This document shows positions 24,353-38,378 of a stretch of DNA of 64,000 nt, one piece after another. A program made the position numbers and the translations under genes. Source of the stretch: Octopus vulgaris (lineage: Eukaryota); the NCBI GenBank assembly GCA_951406725.2, contig OX597815.1:198400001-198464000 (forward strand), read 5' to 3'. Numbering within the stretch: position 1 is the stretch's first letter; each line of letters begins with the position of its first letter. Under the pieces are notes generated by a model. It was given only the letters and a program-made list of their open reading frames with translations. It had not been told where the DNA came from and searched no databases.

Positions 24353-26495
24353 AATAATGTTTATATTATGGACTCATCTCTACTTTGATTTTTATGATAT
24401 AATTTTTCCTGCTTTTACTATCTAATATATAATCGCTCTAATTGAATATCTAAATACATTTAAGGTTTTAGACATTTCTCATATCAAGAGCAGTTATATG
24501 TAATCCAGTGCACTTTTTTAAAGAACACATTGGATTAGCGCTCTCTCTCTCTCTCTCCTCTCTCTCTCTATCTCTGTACATATATATATAACAAAGTAAG
24601 AAAATTATGCAGATCTGGAGATCTAGCATATAGTAAGAATTTATTATCTGCAAAAATGAAGCATAATCCCTTACAGTGTATGTGTACATATATAAACACA
24701 TACGCTGCATTCTTGTAAAGAGCACACTTACACATAATATTACGAGTTACAACGAGGGAGTGAAACAATCGTTACATTGATATTATGATAGTGCAAAGAG
24801 GTGGCAGATATAAAAAAATAAAGTTAATATAAATTATTAGTGCAACATATATGCATAAATGTTTCTGGAAAGTCAGTGTAGGCAGTCTTGTTGACCCTTA
24901 TTTTAAAACCGTATTTAAACCTTCTTTACACTTTTGCTCTTGAAAACTATACACACGGTTGTCCTCCATAGACAGATCCACTAGAAAGAACAAAGGAATT
25001 TTTAATTAAGGATTAATTACGTGATTTCTCGAACGTCATTTGAAAACTCATTGGAACCGTATGTCGTGGATGTTGGAAACGCATAGCCATATAGTCAAAA
25101 TAATGTCAAATGGCATCGGCATGTTTTCTGTGATGCATCTCTCCTTGCTTCAGTTATATGTTTGTGTCAATGGGCATCGCGATATATTCTTCCCTTTTAA
25201 ATCAAATAAAGTCAAGTATTCTAAGATATTCTATTAACGTCGTAGCTGCTATAGCTTCAGCTTCATACAATTCCGGAAATGTTATTTTCCATCGTAGCTG
25301 TTAGTGCTGTTAAAGGTGATAGCTCTCTTACCATGTACGTCAATAACTAATCTTTTTCATAAGCTAAGACACTTTGGGACATAATATGTGAGCACACAAT
25401 AACAACCAATGAAATCAATTTTGGTATGACTCTTTGCCCTTAATCTATTGATCTGTGATAAAATTTTGCTATTACATCCTACTGTTTTGTTCGAAAACAA
25501 TGGAGTCATTTTATTCAATTCGGCAACGGTCATTGATGATATACACCTGTGAAAACCTTGCTCGTAATCTAAACATTTACACTGAACAATACAATCACCT
25601 ACAATCATAATTCTCAAACAGTCGCTAATTCATCTCTACACTCGCGTGTGTTTAAAGATGGATCCTGTCTAGATGTTCACAAAGATATTGTACTTTCGTA
25701 AATAGAGTATTTGTTGTGAATATGAAAAAAATAACGAGTTGTAAGAATACGCATAGCAAATGCTAACCTAGAAAATTCGTAGGATGCAAATGTCAAAACA
25801 CCCATCTAATGCTGTAGGTACACCAAACATGGTTAATTCAAACGTAACAAAAGGTACTCTAAATTGCCAGATTAAACGTAAGTTGCAATGATAATCAATA
25901 ATTTCAAGATATGATTTGTGCCTTCGCTAAATTCATATTAACGTCCTGTGATATTGCTTGGATTAGTTTGAAGAAATTATAAGCTATTTCGATTCGAATT
26001 CAATAATAATATAATTCCTTTTATCATAGCTACAGCATGCGATGGAGATGAAAGAGTATCATAAAGATAAGAAAGGTAGATCAGATATGAGGATTTGAAG
26101 TAGGAAATAAAAGAATATGGTTGTAGAAAGTTAGGGCTATATTTGTTGTCGTTAGAACATTGGACTATATAAAGTAAGAAGTTGAAAAACTGAACTGAAA
26201 AGATGGGGCTAATTGAGAGAATAGAATGTCAATGAAAGACAATGTCGCTTGGAACTGCACGAAACTTCCGCAGAAGACTCAAAATAGGAATGAAAATATT
26301 ACTTATGTCAGCTGGTCACAAACACTTGAGAAAGTGCTAAATTCTCAATTGAAATTGTTATATTATAGAACACCAGCAACATCATTATTATTATCATCAT
26401 CAACATCAACAGCAACATCATCATCAGCATCAACAACAAGAATAAAATAAAAAGGTAAAATCTTTAAAGTAGGAAAGAAGTAGCAAAACAAATCA

Positions 26496-26511
26496 TTATT
26501 ATTATTATTAC

Positions 26512-26560
<49 letters not shown>
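26496..26560. repeat. (TTA)n microsatellite
   Basis: Direct trinucleotide repeat; also at 28913-28957 and 57478-57523. Confidence 0.97.
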
Positions 26561-26919
26561 GTAAAAATTATTCGATTTCGAATCTTCAGCACGTAACACT
26601 TTATCTAAAACTTTTCCGGGATGATTACGTTTCAAAACATTGTTGAGGGCGAAGGCGAAAGCATTGCAGCCATATTCAAATAATACGCATATGCAAATAA
26701 TACACATGCGTATATATATTTGAATATTTAGAGGCATACATACATAAATACATGTCTGTCTATCTGTCTACCTATGTATATATACTTAGAACACTTGGAA
26801 TACTTAGAAGAGTTTCTATCAGAATGGTACAAGCTATGGCTAATTTAATAGCACCAACTGGAAATGCACATTTTAATGATATTTCACATTATAGTCATTG
26901 TTTTGGCACCATAGCCTAT

Positions 26920-27440
26920 TCGAGTATAGAGCTTTTCTTTGCAGATGCATGTCTGGCCGTCGGCGGTTTATCTGTAATTTTCTAGAGATCTTCGTTCACG
27001 AAGCCATTTGAATGTTATGACATCTTTTTTCCTGTTCTGTTTCTTGACATGATGTTAAAGGGATTAGGACAAATTGTGTATTAATATTGTATTGTGATGG
27101 GAGCATGGTTTTGCAGAGGACGGATGACCAAAGGACCAAGATCTGGGTGAATTTTAAAGTAGTTGCGACCAGCATCTGGGCAATGCGGTTGGAATATTTT
27201 ATAGCTTCTGGCGGCGTTCGAGTGAATAAAGTTTGATTTTCTCGAGACGATCTCAATAATCCAGGCTGTTACGACGTTTATTGTTCTTGTGGTCGATATC
27301 CGGAGGACTTCAAATTGTATTCTTTTCGTACTGGGAAAGTACAGTAGACAGCAAAATTCAAGGTGGAGACAGGTGAAGGCGAAGAAGAGAAAAATAACGG
27401 TAGGAGCTTATCTAGATCGAAAAGTTCTAAGGATCTAGCG
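26920..27440 (-). pseudogene. CR1-like LINE ORF2 C-terminal relic
   Basis: Minus-strand LRTFRSR...LEFCCLLYFP and SLDY*DRLEKIKLYSLERR match CR1-type motifs (ILRTF.SR, LEYC..LWSP, YW.RL..L.LYSLERRR). Confidence 0.75.
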
Positions 27441-27479
27441 GCACACACAGTGGGCCTTGTCGACCTTGTTGTTAATGTG

Positions 27480-27862
27480 CGGAAGCACTCCGTCGGTTAC
27501 GACGATGAGGGTTCCGGTTTATCCGAATCAATGGAACAGCCTGCTCGTGAAATTAACGTGTAAGTGGCTGAGCACTCCACAGACACGTGCACCCTTAACG
27601 TAGTTCTCGGGATATTCAGCGTGACACAGAGTGACAAGGCCGGCCCCATCAGATACAGGTACAACAGAAACAGGAAGTAAGACTGAGAGAAAGTTGTGGT
27701 GAAAGTGTACAGCAGGGATCACCACCATCCCCTGCCGGAGCCTCGTGGAGCTTTAGGTGTTTTCGCTCAATAAACACTCACAACGCCCGGTTTGGGAATC
27801 GAAACCGCGATCCTATGACCACAAGTCCGCTGTCCTAACCACTGGGCCATTGCGCCTCCTAA
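27480..27862 (-). mobile_element. SINE family C head with 'aagggtgcacgtgtctgtggagtgctc...cgacggagtgc' tail
   Basis: 13-bp TSD tgttgttaatgtg at 27467-27479 and 27863-27875. The tail is shared with the D-headed copy at 42775-43050. Confidence 0.9.
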
Positions 27863-28911
27863 TGTTGTTAATGTGGGCGCCCCTTCAAGGCTCTAGCTAA
27901 GAAACTGTGAGGGACTGCAGCTGAATTGCTTGTAATTTTCATAATAACTGCTAAGATATCCGGGACGCCAAATGATATGAGGAATAACCATACTGTGATT
28001 GATGGAAGTAGAGCAGTATTGTTTCTGCAGAATCTCAACCTAGTATACTGTGTCATCACACAGTATGTCATCTCATCCGTGTGTGTGTGTTTGCGTGTAT
28101 TGACAAAAGTTAGTGTTTGCAAATAAGAGGAATAACACAATAGACCGCGTAGACATTTTAATTCATCAGGAGCGTATTATTTTCGAATACTAAATCTGTT
28201 ACACGGTTCCAATTGATAAAACGATACTTGTGGCAATAGGTCAAACGTTACACGTTCGATCAATTAATCAATATATATATGTGGTTGTGTGTATGTGTGA
28301 GTGTATGTGTGTATGTGTGTGTGAAGTTGTCTGGTGTACACATAACTTATGCATAATACGATCATGTAAATCCTCGAAGGCACGTTTGAAATTGTACACG
28401 TGTAAAACGAGAATTAACTCGATGAAATACTTTTGATTTGTCTATGTAGAACGGGAGGTTAGAAGTATTGAAGTGTTTAGTATTGATGTATAGCTATCAG
28501 AGGCGTTAATGATAGCGAGAAGAAGAAGAAGAAGCGAAAATGAAGTATTTTTCACTCCTTTCACTTTTCTTTCCTTTCAATCATTATTTCTCCTATTTGT
28601 TTTTTTTGGGGGGTATTTTTGTATTACTGTTTTTATATTATTTCGTTTTTATTATTTCGCCTCCTTTTTTTTGTGCGAATTTCTCCTCTTTTTTGTGTGT
28701 GTATGTGTGTGTGTGTGTATGTGTGTTTCATCTGAAGTCATAGCGGAATGTATCATAGCTTAAAAAGAATATTTTCACCGTATAATCCATCGGAAAAAGC
28801 CACAAAGATTCGCAGTTCAAAAGTTATATTGAACACTGAACAGAGAAAAAAAAATGAAGCATAATATACGTATGTACAAAAGCATACATATATATACGCA
28901 TATACACACAC

Positions 28912-28958
<47 letters not shown>

Positions 28959-28990
28959 TACACACATACATACATACATATATATATTAC

Positions 28991-29064
<74 letters not shown>

Positions 29065-29293
29065 GAATGTATGAATTGAATATAAAACAAAATTCGTGTA
29101 AAAAGAAAGTTAGCCTCTCAAAAACCCACAAAATCCAATAAAAGAACAAACAACTTGAAAGCCAAGCAAACAAATAAACAAACAAACATAAGGATTTCAC
29201 ACGAAATACGTCACCATACAAAGAAATATTTCAGTGCTTTAATATATGTTGTGTGTTTCTCTGTGTATATGTGTGTATGTCTCTAAATACATA

Positions 29294-29295
<2 letters not shown>

Positions 29296-29364
<69 letters not shown>

Positions 29365-29489
29365 ATATATGTATATATGTATATGTATATATATATATAT
29401 GTATTTATATATATATATGTATATATATCTATATATATATTTATATACATATATATATATATATATAAATACATATGTATTTATGTATG

Positions 29490-29546
<57 letters not shown>

Positions 29547-29679
29547 GCATATATATATGTATATATATATATGTATATATATATGTATATATATATGTAT
29601 ATATATGTATATATATATATATGTGTGTGTGTGTATATATATATATATGCATATATATATACAAGGTAAAAATACTCTC

Positions 29680-29735
<56 letters not shown>
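29296..29735. repeat. Long compound (TA)n/(TG)n/(TATG)n low-complexity block
   Basis: Interrupted dinucleotide repeats. Similar blocks at 1040-1198, 1945-2187, 9577-9690, 10110-10320, 19600-19800, 30840-31100, 46900-47060 and 55070-55340. Confidence 0.97.
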
Positions 29736-29736
<1 letters not shown>

Positions 29737-30012
29737 CATATATACATACATGCAACACTCGCAATACGGCACATATATTTGAGAATGTGTGGATGTATAG
29801 AAGTATCCATGATATGATATTGCGTTTGTTCACTTTTCCTTCTTTTGCAATTCTATATTAATCAAACGCTTCTCGCAGATTTTTTGATGTATCTCTCATC
29901 GCACGAGGTTTCTCTCGTTTTTCATGTATGTCCTACTGTTTTGTTTAATGCCATTATGTTTCACTTGAACTCGTCTATTATTTCTTTCATTTACTTGGTC
30001 ATTAAATAGATC

Positions 30013-30043
<31 letters not shown>

Positions 30044-30096
30044 CTATCTATATATTTATTTATCTATATATCTATGTATATGTCTACATGTATGCA

Positions 30097-30174
<78 letters not shown>

Positions 30175-30834
30175 TACGCGTCTGTATGAGTGTGTTGCTG
30201 TGTGTCTGTATACACACACATATATATAATCAAACACCGTCACAGATATATTTCTCTAGATATGTATAAGCATGTATATATATATATGCAAACACATAAA
30301 CTGGGGAAGTAAGAAGAGATATATTAAAATTATGATATATAAAATTACACATACATATGTACATCCATACATACATAAATATATATATATATCCTACGAA
30401 CTCGCGCACGCAGGAATATATATGTGTGTGTGTGTGTATGCATGTATATATATAACTGTGTAGTATTGTGTGCATATGTTTGTATGTCGATTTGTGATAA
30501 ACATACCAATATGTCTTTTCCTATACGTAATTATCATAAAAGATGAACAAAAGCATTACGGTAAACACAAACACACACAAACGCGAACACACTTACACAC
30601 ACACACACACACACACACACAACATGTACAATAAAAGTTTGTTGGAAGCATGACTTAAAACCATAAAGAAAGTAATAGCAAGAATATGCAGTCATATCCT
30701 ATTTATAAGATATATGAAAATAGCAGGAGAAAAAAAAACGCATAAATGAGTTCCTTATCAAGGTTTGAAGCATGAATAGCGACACCCCCCCCACACACAC
30801 ACACATATCTGTGTAATCATATACATACATACAA

Positions 30835-30876
<42 letters not shown>

Positions 30877-30906
30877 TTGTATATATATATACATATATAT
30901 ATACAT

Positions 30907-31101
<195 letters not shown>

Positions 31102-32119
31102 GGATGTATATATATAACTCACGCATGCACGTTTCTATGCATTCTTTGTAAGTGCATGTTTTGTGTAAGACACTAAAAACGTGGCGTGCATTCTCAAAGC
31201 GATCCCTACATATACACACGTATATAATTATACATACATATATTCAGTTACATAACTACACACACGTGCACGCATATATATATATATATATATACATGCA
31301 TATATATATATATATATATATGCATACGCATTGTAGCATTTTTCTTTCTCAGGAAGAGCATAAAATTGTTTCATAACGTTACATCAGTAGTGAATTGTGT
31401 TTGGATGTTTGGATGTGCATATGTGCGTGATACCTGGGATTACATATACATGAATCAGATTTTCATGGAACCGTTTTTAAACGCTAAGTACAAAGGTGAT
31501 CAAATATGGCTGATCACCTCGGTTTTGTCATCAAATTCCGTGGTTAGTGCCGTACGAATTATTTGAATTCTGTTAAAAAATGTTTATGGGAAATGATTAA
31601 TATATATGTTCTTGAACATTGCTGTGTGAAGCCTAGCCTATTATATCATGCGTGTTGTTGATGTGAAGTGCCATATGGTCAAATACATGACTTTTTAACA
31701 ACCTCTTTTTGCCTTCAACTGCCTATATATATCGAAAGTAGAGGTAGCAAAGTCAACAATTCTAAAACCAGGACAGCCTATGATATATTTATGCACTGGC
31801 CTTTACAGTCTCCTATCTAAGTACGATTAAGACGTTCCGATAGGGTTTGTGTCGATGGTCTTTGCCATACACTCAAACAAGTTTCAGCAATATTGTGAGG
31901 CATTTTCATGTACCCTTTTTCAGTTAATATGCAGGCAATCTAGCTGTGCATCCAACTTATTGTTCTAGTCTTGCACGAACACTAAATGAAGGGCCGATCC
32001 GAAGAAACCTCCAGACGTGTAGAGACCAACATTTCAGGACCAAGATTCTGCCTACTGGTTACAAAAAACAATTCCGTATCATGAGATCCAGACTTTTCCA
32101 AATCAACACACTCGCTCAG

Positions 32120-32480
32120 TTCTATATTTAAGAAATGAGTTATAATGTACGTTATTAACATTTGACTGATATTTGTCCTTATCTTGTTTGTAGTTAACAC
32201 AATTTTTCCGCTGATATACCCTCCATCCTTCTTCAGATATCATGGGGGAATTTCGAATGTGGGTTCTCATTCCTAAGGTGTTGTTGTTGTGAAAGGCGGC
32301 GAGCTGGTAGACTCTTTAGCACGCTGGGCAAAATGCTTAGCGGTATTTTATCTTAGGAAAGAGAACCCAGGTTCGAAATTTCCCTAAGACACCTGATGAA
32401 GGCTGGAGGATATATCAGCCGAAACGTTGTGATAACAAAGAGCAAGATGAGGACAAATATCCGTCAAATGTAAATAATGT
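32120..32480. mobile_element. TSD-flanked fold-back element with a central tRNA-like head and a hammerhead
   Basis: Arms 32148-32277 and 32352-32482; the spacer holds the SINE A head (32293-32348). 12-bp TSD acactcgctcag at 32108-32119 and 32481-32492. Confidence 0.8.
32390..32431 (+). ncRNA. Minimal hammerhead ribozyme motif
   Basis: cac-CTGATGA-a-ggctg(gaggatatat)cagcc-GAAAC-GTT-gtg, with palindromic stem III aacgtt. Confidence 0.75.
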
Positions 32481-33049
32481 ACACTCGCTCAGGTTCATGA
32501 CCCGTATTGCCTTGGATATAAGCGGATCTAGTATCCACCAGAAACTGACGACAAAACTATGATCTTGCTGACGGAGGATACTTCTCTTCCTAGTGATCTG
32601 ATGTCCTTGAGCACGTGGCCCCTATCAGATGTAACTCTATTTCACGTGCAAAGACACTGTTTGTTTTGAGTAATGTCATGGTAACTGAATGAGAAATCTG
32701 TTGAACAAACACCTTATTTCTCAGTAGGGACAGTTTTTTTCTGCCTCCGGGTAGTTCTTGGATTTTGCACAAGAAGTTCTTTACATATTTTTTTTTTTTT
32801 GTTTTTTGCATTTCTCCTGAGGTTTCGTAATGTCTCGGAGGCCCAAAGGGTATCTGATGCATAACATCCAGTGCGTTGTTTATATAACCTGACTTGTCTT
32901 TGGTGTTATTTTCCTTGTGTTTCGTTCTCTTTTTGGGGGAGAGGGGCTTTCACATGCTGTTGTTTCAGATGACATTGTACTTTAGAGTGCCGTGTTTCTT
33001 TTGTTGCTTGCATTGTTATTGTTTTAAATTCTGCTGTTCTTGCTATTGT

Positions 33050-33388
33050 CTATGTTGTTAGAGCGTCAAGCTTACGATCATGAGGCTGTGAGTTCGATTT
33101 CCGGGCCGAGCTGCGCGTTGTGTTCTTGAGCAAGACACTTTATTTCACGTTTCTTGAGTTCACTCAGCTGTAGAAATGAGTTTGCGACGTCACAGGTTCC
33201 AATCTGTATCGGCCTCTTTGCCTTTCCCTTGGATAACATCGGTGACGTGGAGGGTTAGCGTTAGGTTCAAGAAGGCTGGTATGCATGGGCTGCTGCTTGT
33301 CTTCCATAAAAATCCTTGCCCAGATAGTGCCTGGGAGGGTAACTTTCTAGGTGCAATCCCATGGTCGGTCATGACCGAAAGGGGTCTC
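33050..33388 (+). mobile_element. SINE family D head with a third tail type
   Basis: gagttcgatttccggg...gttgtgttcttgagcaagacactttatttcacgt...cactcagctgtagaaatgagt, then a tail ending ggtcggtcatgaccgaaaggggtctc. Confidence 0.75.
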
Positions 33389-33703
33389 AGCTCAGCAGCT
33401 GCTTCTCACATTGTACCTTTTACTGCAATCGTTGTGACTGCATTGGCATGCTGTTGTTAAAATCGCATCTGTGTTTGTGTTGTAGCAGACTTCTGTTGTT
33501 GCCGATGGTAAAGTTGGGGCGATGTCAGCAGTGAAGGTCTTCTTTCAGCTTTCACTTTCGATGTTGTTGTTGTTGGAAGGAGAAAGTCTCGAAAGAGATT
33601 ATGGTTTCAATGGTTTTATTATCGAAGCCGTCTATCTTCCACTAACCACCCAGAGCGGTTATTAGATCTATCTTTGATAGAGGATGTTTTGATACTAGTA
33701 TAT

Positions 33704-34059
33704 AGGCGTAGGAGTGGCTGTGTGGTAAGTAGCTTGCTTACGAATTACATGGTTCTAGGTTCAGTCCCACTGCGTGGCACCTTGCGCAAGTGTTTTCTAC
33801 TATAGCCTCGAGCCAACTAAAGTCAGTGGTTTTGGTAGACGTGTGTGTGTGTGTATTTGTGTGTCTCTGTTTGTCCCCACAACATTGCTTGACAATCGAT
33901 ACTGGTGTGTTTACGTCTCCGTAACTTAGCGGTTCAGCAAAATTGACCGATAGAATAAGTACTAAGCTCACAGAGAATACGTCCTGGGGTCGATGTGCTC
34001 GATTAAAAGCAGTGCTTCAGCGTGGTCACAGTCAAACGATTGAAACAATTGAAAGAGTA
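33704..34059 (+). mobile_element. SINE family B (internally shortened)
   Basis: Head aggcgtaggagtggctgtgtggtaagtagc through to the tgaaac...aagagta tail. Confidence 0.88.
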
Positions 34060-34289
34060 TTTCCTGTTCTACTGGAATCAAAATCTCTGTTGCCATATCA
34101 ACCCAATTTTCTATTCTGTATTATTTTAGTTCTATCTTTTTTCACCACTTACCAGGAACTCAGTTCTGGTGGTATGTTTTAGAGAAATCTCCACTTTACT
34201 GCCGACAGTGTGCTTTCGAACTAGTAATCCCGAAATTATGATCATGTCATGCAAGACCAATGTCTGGCTATGTTTCTTAAACAAACTTC

Positions 34290-34455
34290 AGGCGCAGGAG
34301 TGGCTGTGTGGTAAGTAGCTTGCTAACCAACCACATGGTTCCGGGTTCAGTCCCATTGCGTGGCGTCTTGGGTAAGTGTCTTCTGCTATAGCCCCGGGCC
34401 GACCAATGCCTTGTGAGTGGATTTGGTAGACGGAAACTGAAAGAAGCCCGTCGTA

Positions 34456-34530
<75 letters not shown>

Positions 34531-34756
34531 GTATGTGTGTGTTTGTGTGTCTGTGTTTGTCCCCCTAGCATTGCTTGACAACCGATGCTAGTGTGTTTAC
34601 GTCTCCATCACCTAGCGATTCGGCAAAAGAGACCGATAGAATAAGTATTGGGCTTACAAAAGAATAAGTCCCGGGGTCGATTTGCTCGACTAAAGGCGGT
34701 GCTCCAGCATGGCCGCAGTCATATGACTGAAACAAGTAAAAGAGAGTAAAAGAGTA
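34290..34756 (+). mobile_element. Full-length SINE family B with internal (TA)n(TG)n
   Basis: A-box-like tggctgtgtggtaag, B-box-like ggttcagtccc, an internal microsatellite, a 3' hairpin cagtc-atat-gactg and a (gagtaaaa)-like terminal repeat. Confidence 0.93.
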
Positions 34757-35510
34757 TAATCTCTAATTTTGATCTTTCCGTCGATGAGTATCAACACCGA
34801 ATTGTTTCCTCTTCTGTTTGGTTTTAGAAGAGCTGCGTTATACTCGAGCGTAGCATTTATCCGTTTTAGTCAGTTGATGTATTACTCCGCCTCTTTTTAA
34901 TGTTCGTGATTATTGTCTGGTGACAATAAATCGAACACATTTGTGATCATAGCTAAAATATTATTTTCGCTCTGCTTTCACTGCTGCGGTCTTTGTCAGT
35001 ACCAATGTCATTGTTGTTTTTGCTGGTTGTTCTCATGCGAATAATATTGCTGCTGGTTATTTTGGGAACATTTTTGATTGTCGTGACATTGCTCTTGCTG
35101 CTGTTACTATTTTTACTTACTATTGCGTCTGTTTTACTGTGTGGTAGGAAGCGAATTAAAAAAAGATGGTTTCACCTTTGAAAAATCTTCCTCCACATTT
35201 CTCACTTTGTGACCAGATGACAGGGACGGCGCTATTTTTAAACGTATTTGCATGGTTAGAAAAATATTTCGGCTTTTCATATTCCATTCTACAGCACGAG
35301 AAACAAACAAAAGAAAATGTTAAGTTCATTATGCTTCTGGTCAAATAAGCTACAGAATACAAAATTATAATGAACAAAAATACGTTTCCATAACGAACGA
35401 TACGACATGAACATTAACGGTGCCTCCAGAACGCGTTTTCGTCATTAAAATCAAAGAACAGTAACAGCAGCAGCGGTAGAGGGAGCAGCAAAACCACTAC
35501 CAACAATAAT

Positions 35511-35913
35511 CATTTCTATTATAAGCACAAGGACCGACATTTTTTGTGGGGAAGAGGGGGTCAGTCGATTAGATCGACCCTAGTACACAACTGGTACTTA
35601 ATTTATCGGCACCGAAAACAGGAAAGGCTAAGTCGACCTGGGCGGTATTTGAACTCAGAACGTTAGCGCCATACAAAATACCTATTTCTTTACTACCCAC
35701 AAGGGGCTAACCACAGAGGGAACAAACAAGGACAGACAAATGGATTAAGTCGATTATATCGACCCCAGTGCGTAACTGGTACTTAATTTATCGGCCCCTA
35801 AAGGATGAATTGCTAAGTCGACCTCGGTGGATTTGAACTCAGAACGTAGCGGTAGACAAAATACTGCTAAGCATTTCGCCCGGCGTGATAACGTTTCTGC
35901 CAGCTCGCCGCCT
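35511..35913 (-). mobile_element. SINE family A dimer (long-tail unit plus short-tail unit)
   Basis: Junction aaatacctatttcttt at about 35677-35692. A further degenerate copy lies at 35958-36130. Confidence 0.88.
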
Positions 35914-36516
35914 TTCCCAACAACAATAATAACGAAATAATGATGATAATAATAATCATTTCTATTCTAGGCACAAGGCCTGAAATTTTGAGTAGGTGAC
36001 CAGTCGATGACATCAAACCCCAGTATTACACTGGTACTTAATTTATCGACACCGAAAGGATCAAAGGCAAAGTCAGATGAAATGCCGCTAAGTATTTTGC
36101 GCGGCGTGCTATCCACTCTGCCAGCTTACCAAATAATAAAGATGATGATGATGATGATGATTATTGTGGTGATAACAATAGCAATATCTTCATCAGCTAC
36201 AAGCCACATTAATTATATTTCCTGTGTCTTGTATTTTGCGTGAATATGTGTGTGTGTGTGTGTGTGTGTCTGTGTGTCTGTGTGTATCTCTGCTTACAGC
36301 ACTACAAGAACAAAATTATTTTTATCCTGTCAGACGCTCCTTTCCATTTTTACTACCACAATCAGGAAAAAAATAAATAAAATAAAATAAAACACAATTT
36401 GATTAGCTCGTTGCATGTCTATTACCTACGGCAATATTCTTACTAATTTGCGATGTAATATAAGAAAGAAAGAAATACGTCATCCGTATTCACAGAAACA
36501 TGCTGTAGACCTCCAT

Positions 36517-37245
36517 GAGCGCAGATACGGATGTGTGTTTAAGAAGCTCGGTTCGCATTCAGATAATTCGAGTTCAATTTTACTTCACATCACCTACAAA
36601 AATTGTCTTACTCTATAGCTGCGTGTTAACTAAAGATTGTGAGTGAATTTGGAGGATGGAAACTGCATGGAAGCATATCGTGTACATATATATATATGTT
36701 ATACGTTTTATTTATTACTTTGCACATTACTTAATCATCGTTATATGCTTTATCTTATGTTTAATCTTTCTATAATAAGTAATTTTTCTAAATGGTACAA
36801 TTTAATTTTTCATTATTGAATTGATAAAAGGTGTTTTTTTTTCTAATTTATATATATTGTGAAATTTGATTTAGTATTTCTCAATTGAATTTTTCCCTGT
36901 AAGTTTGGAATAATATTCCCTCATATTATTACTATTATTATTAATATTATGTGTATATATATGTTTGTGTGTGTATAAAAGCGTGTATGTGTGTGTATAA
37001 AAGTGTGTATGTGTGCGTGCGCGCGTGTATGTACCTGTGCCTGTGTCTCTATTCGATCACTCCCACTTCTGGACAACCGGTATTGGTTTGATTTCATCCA
37101 CGTTTATAGTGGTTCGCTCAAAGAGACCAAAAGAATGAATACCAGGTTGAAACGTATGTTTTGCGGGGGGGGGGGCATAATCTATGGCGGTGACCTAGTG
37201 TGGCCACAATCCAATGACTGAACCAAGTAACAGATCAAAGATAAC
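36517..37245 (+). mobile_element. Degenerate SINE B interrupted by an AT-rich insertion (about 36698-36945)
   Basis: Diverged B head and 3' module. The end of the insert (tttttccctgtaagtttgga...attccct) matches the tail of the element at 1197-1276. Confidence 0.6.
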
Positions 37246-38378
37246 TAAAACAAGTGGATATATTCTTGACAGCATGTATGTCTATATTCTATACCTTTTC
37301 TATGATAGTTTCACATATTCACTATCGGGTGAAAACTTTATAACAGTTGTAATGTTTCTTTAATGTTATCACTAACGGTAATTGCAAACCTGAGAGATGC
37401 TCTTCCGGTTGTTTAGCCTTAGGTCAACTTGTCTCAACTAGGCCTTTGAGCAATAACGTTCTAGCCAAAGCCATTACAAACTTTGTATACGAAGAATTAA
37501 TTTACCCCATGGCCCTCACATTATTCAGAATTCTAAGATGAGGGGAAAAGATCCGTATTCAAGCCAACTGCATGGAAAATTGCACAGGTGTCTTCCACTA
37601 TAGATCCGGTGGACCAAAGTCTTGTCAGTGGGTTTGATACAAAGAAGCTGAAAGGAGCCCACCATACACAGACGAACACACACTCACCCACATATGTATA
37701 TATTATATATATTTTTATATACACAGATACAATTGCCTCTATGTGTGTGTTCCTCTGTGTGTGTGTGTGTATGTGTGTGTGTGTGTGTGTGTTTGTGTGT
37801 ATGTTATGTCGCACGTTCGGATGCCTCTACTACTCTGTTCTCTCCACTCTAGTCTGCTGTGCACAAATCGTCTTCTATTCTCTCGACGTCTAGGCTTCTC
37901 CCTCTCTATCTACGAATTGGGCTAGCCTACTTCATCGTCTGGGGGCGTCCACACAACAGTACATTTGTTTGTTCTTACCACCTCTTTACAACTAGTGCTC
38001 GATATTTTATCTCCCTGTGACTTAGCGGTTCGACAAATAGAGATAAGTTACATAATTATAATTAGCAGCATAGGAGAAGCAGATAAGAACAAGTGCTGAT
38101 TTATTCGACTAAATATTTCAAAGCTGTGTCCCAGCATGACGGAAACACATTTAAGAGAATGGATGAAACGATAAGATTTATATCGCAATAGTTACAACAG
38201 CATCACTTTGCCTTGTGATATTTTGTTTTGGATCATTAGACTTTAAATTGATATCACACCGAGGTTAATTCTGCTTTTCATACTATCGCGGTCATTAAAA
38301 TAAAGTATAATTCCAGGTGAGAGGATTAACCATTAAACATATTCGTTGAACATTTGAGAAAATATTTGGATATATTTA

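Noticed and set aside
25040-25960. Possible degraded RT (CLDYEQGFH resembling WLDY.KAFD) on the minus strand
   Set aside because: Only one weak motif; too degraded to annotate without a profile search.
31840-32870. Possible decayed LINE ORF1/zinc-knuckle sequence around the 32120 insertion
   Set aside because: No continuous frame or clear CCHC motif could be read.
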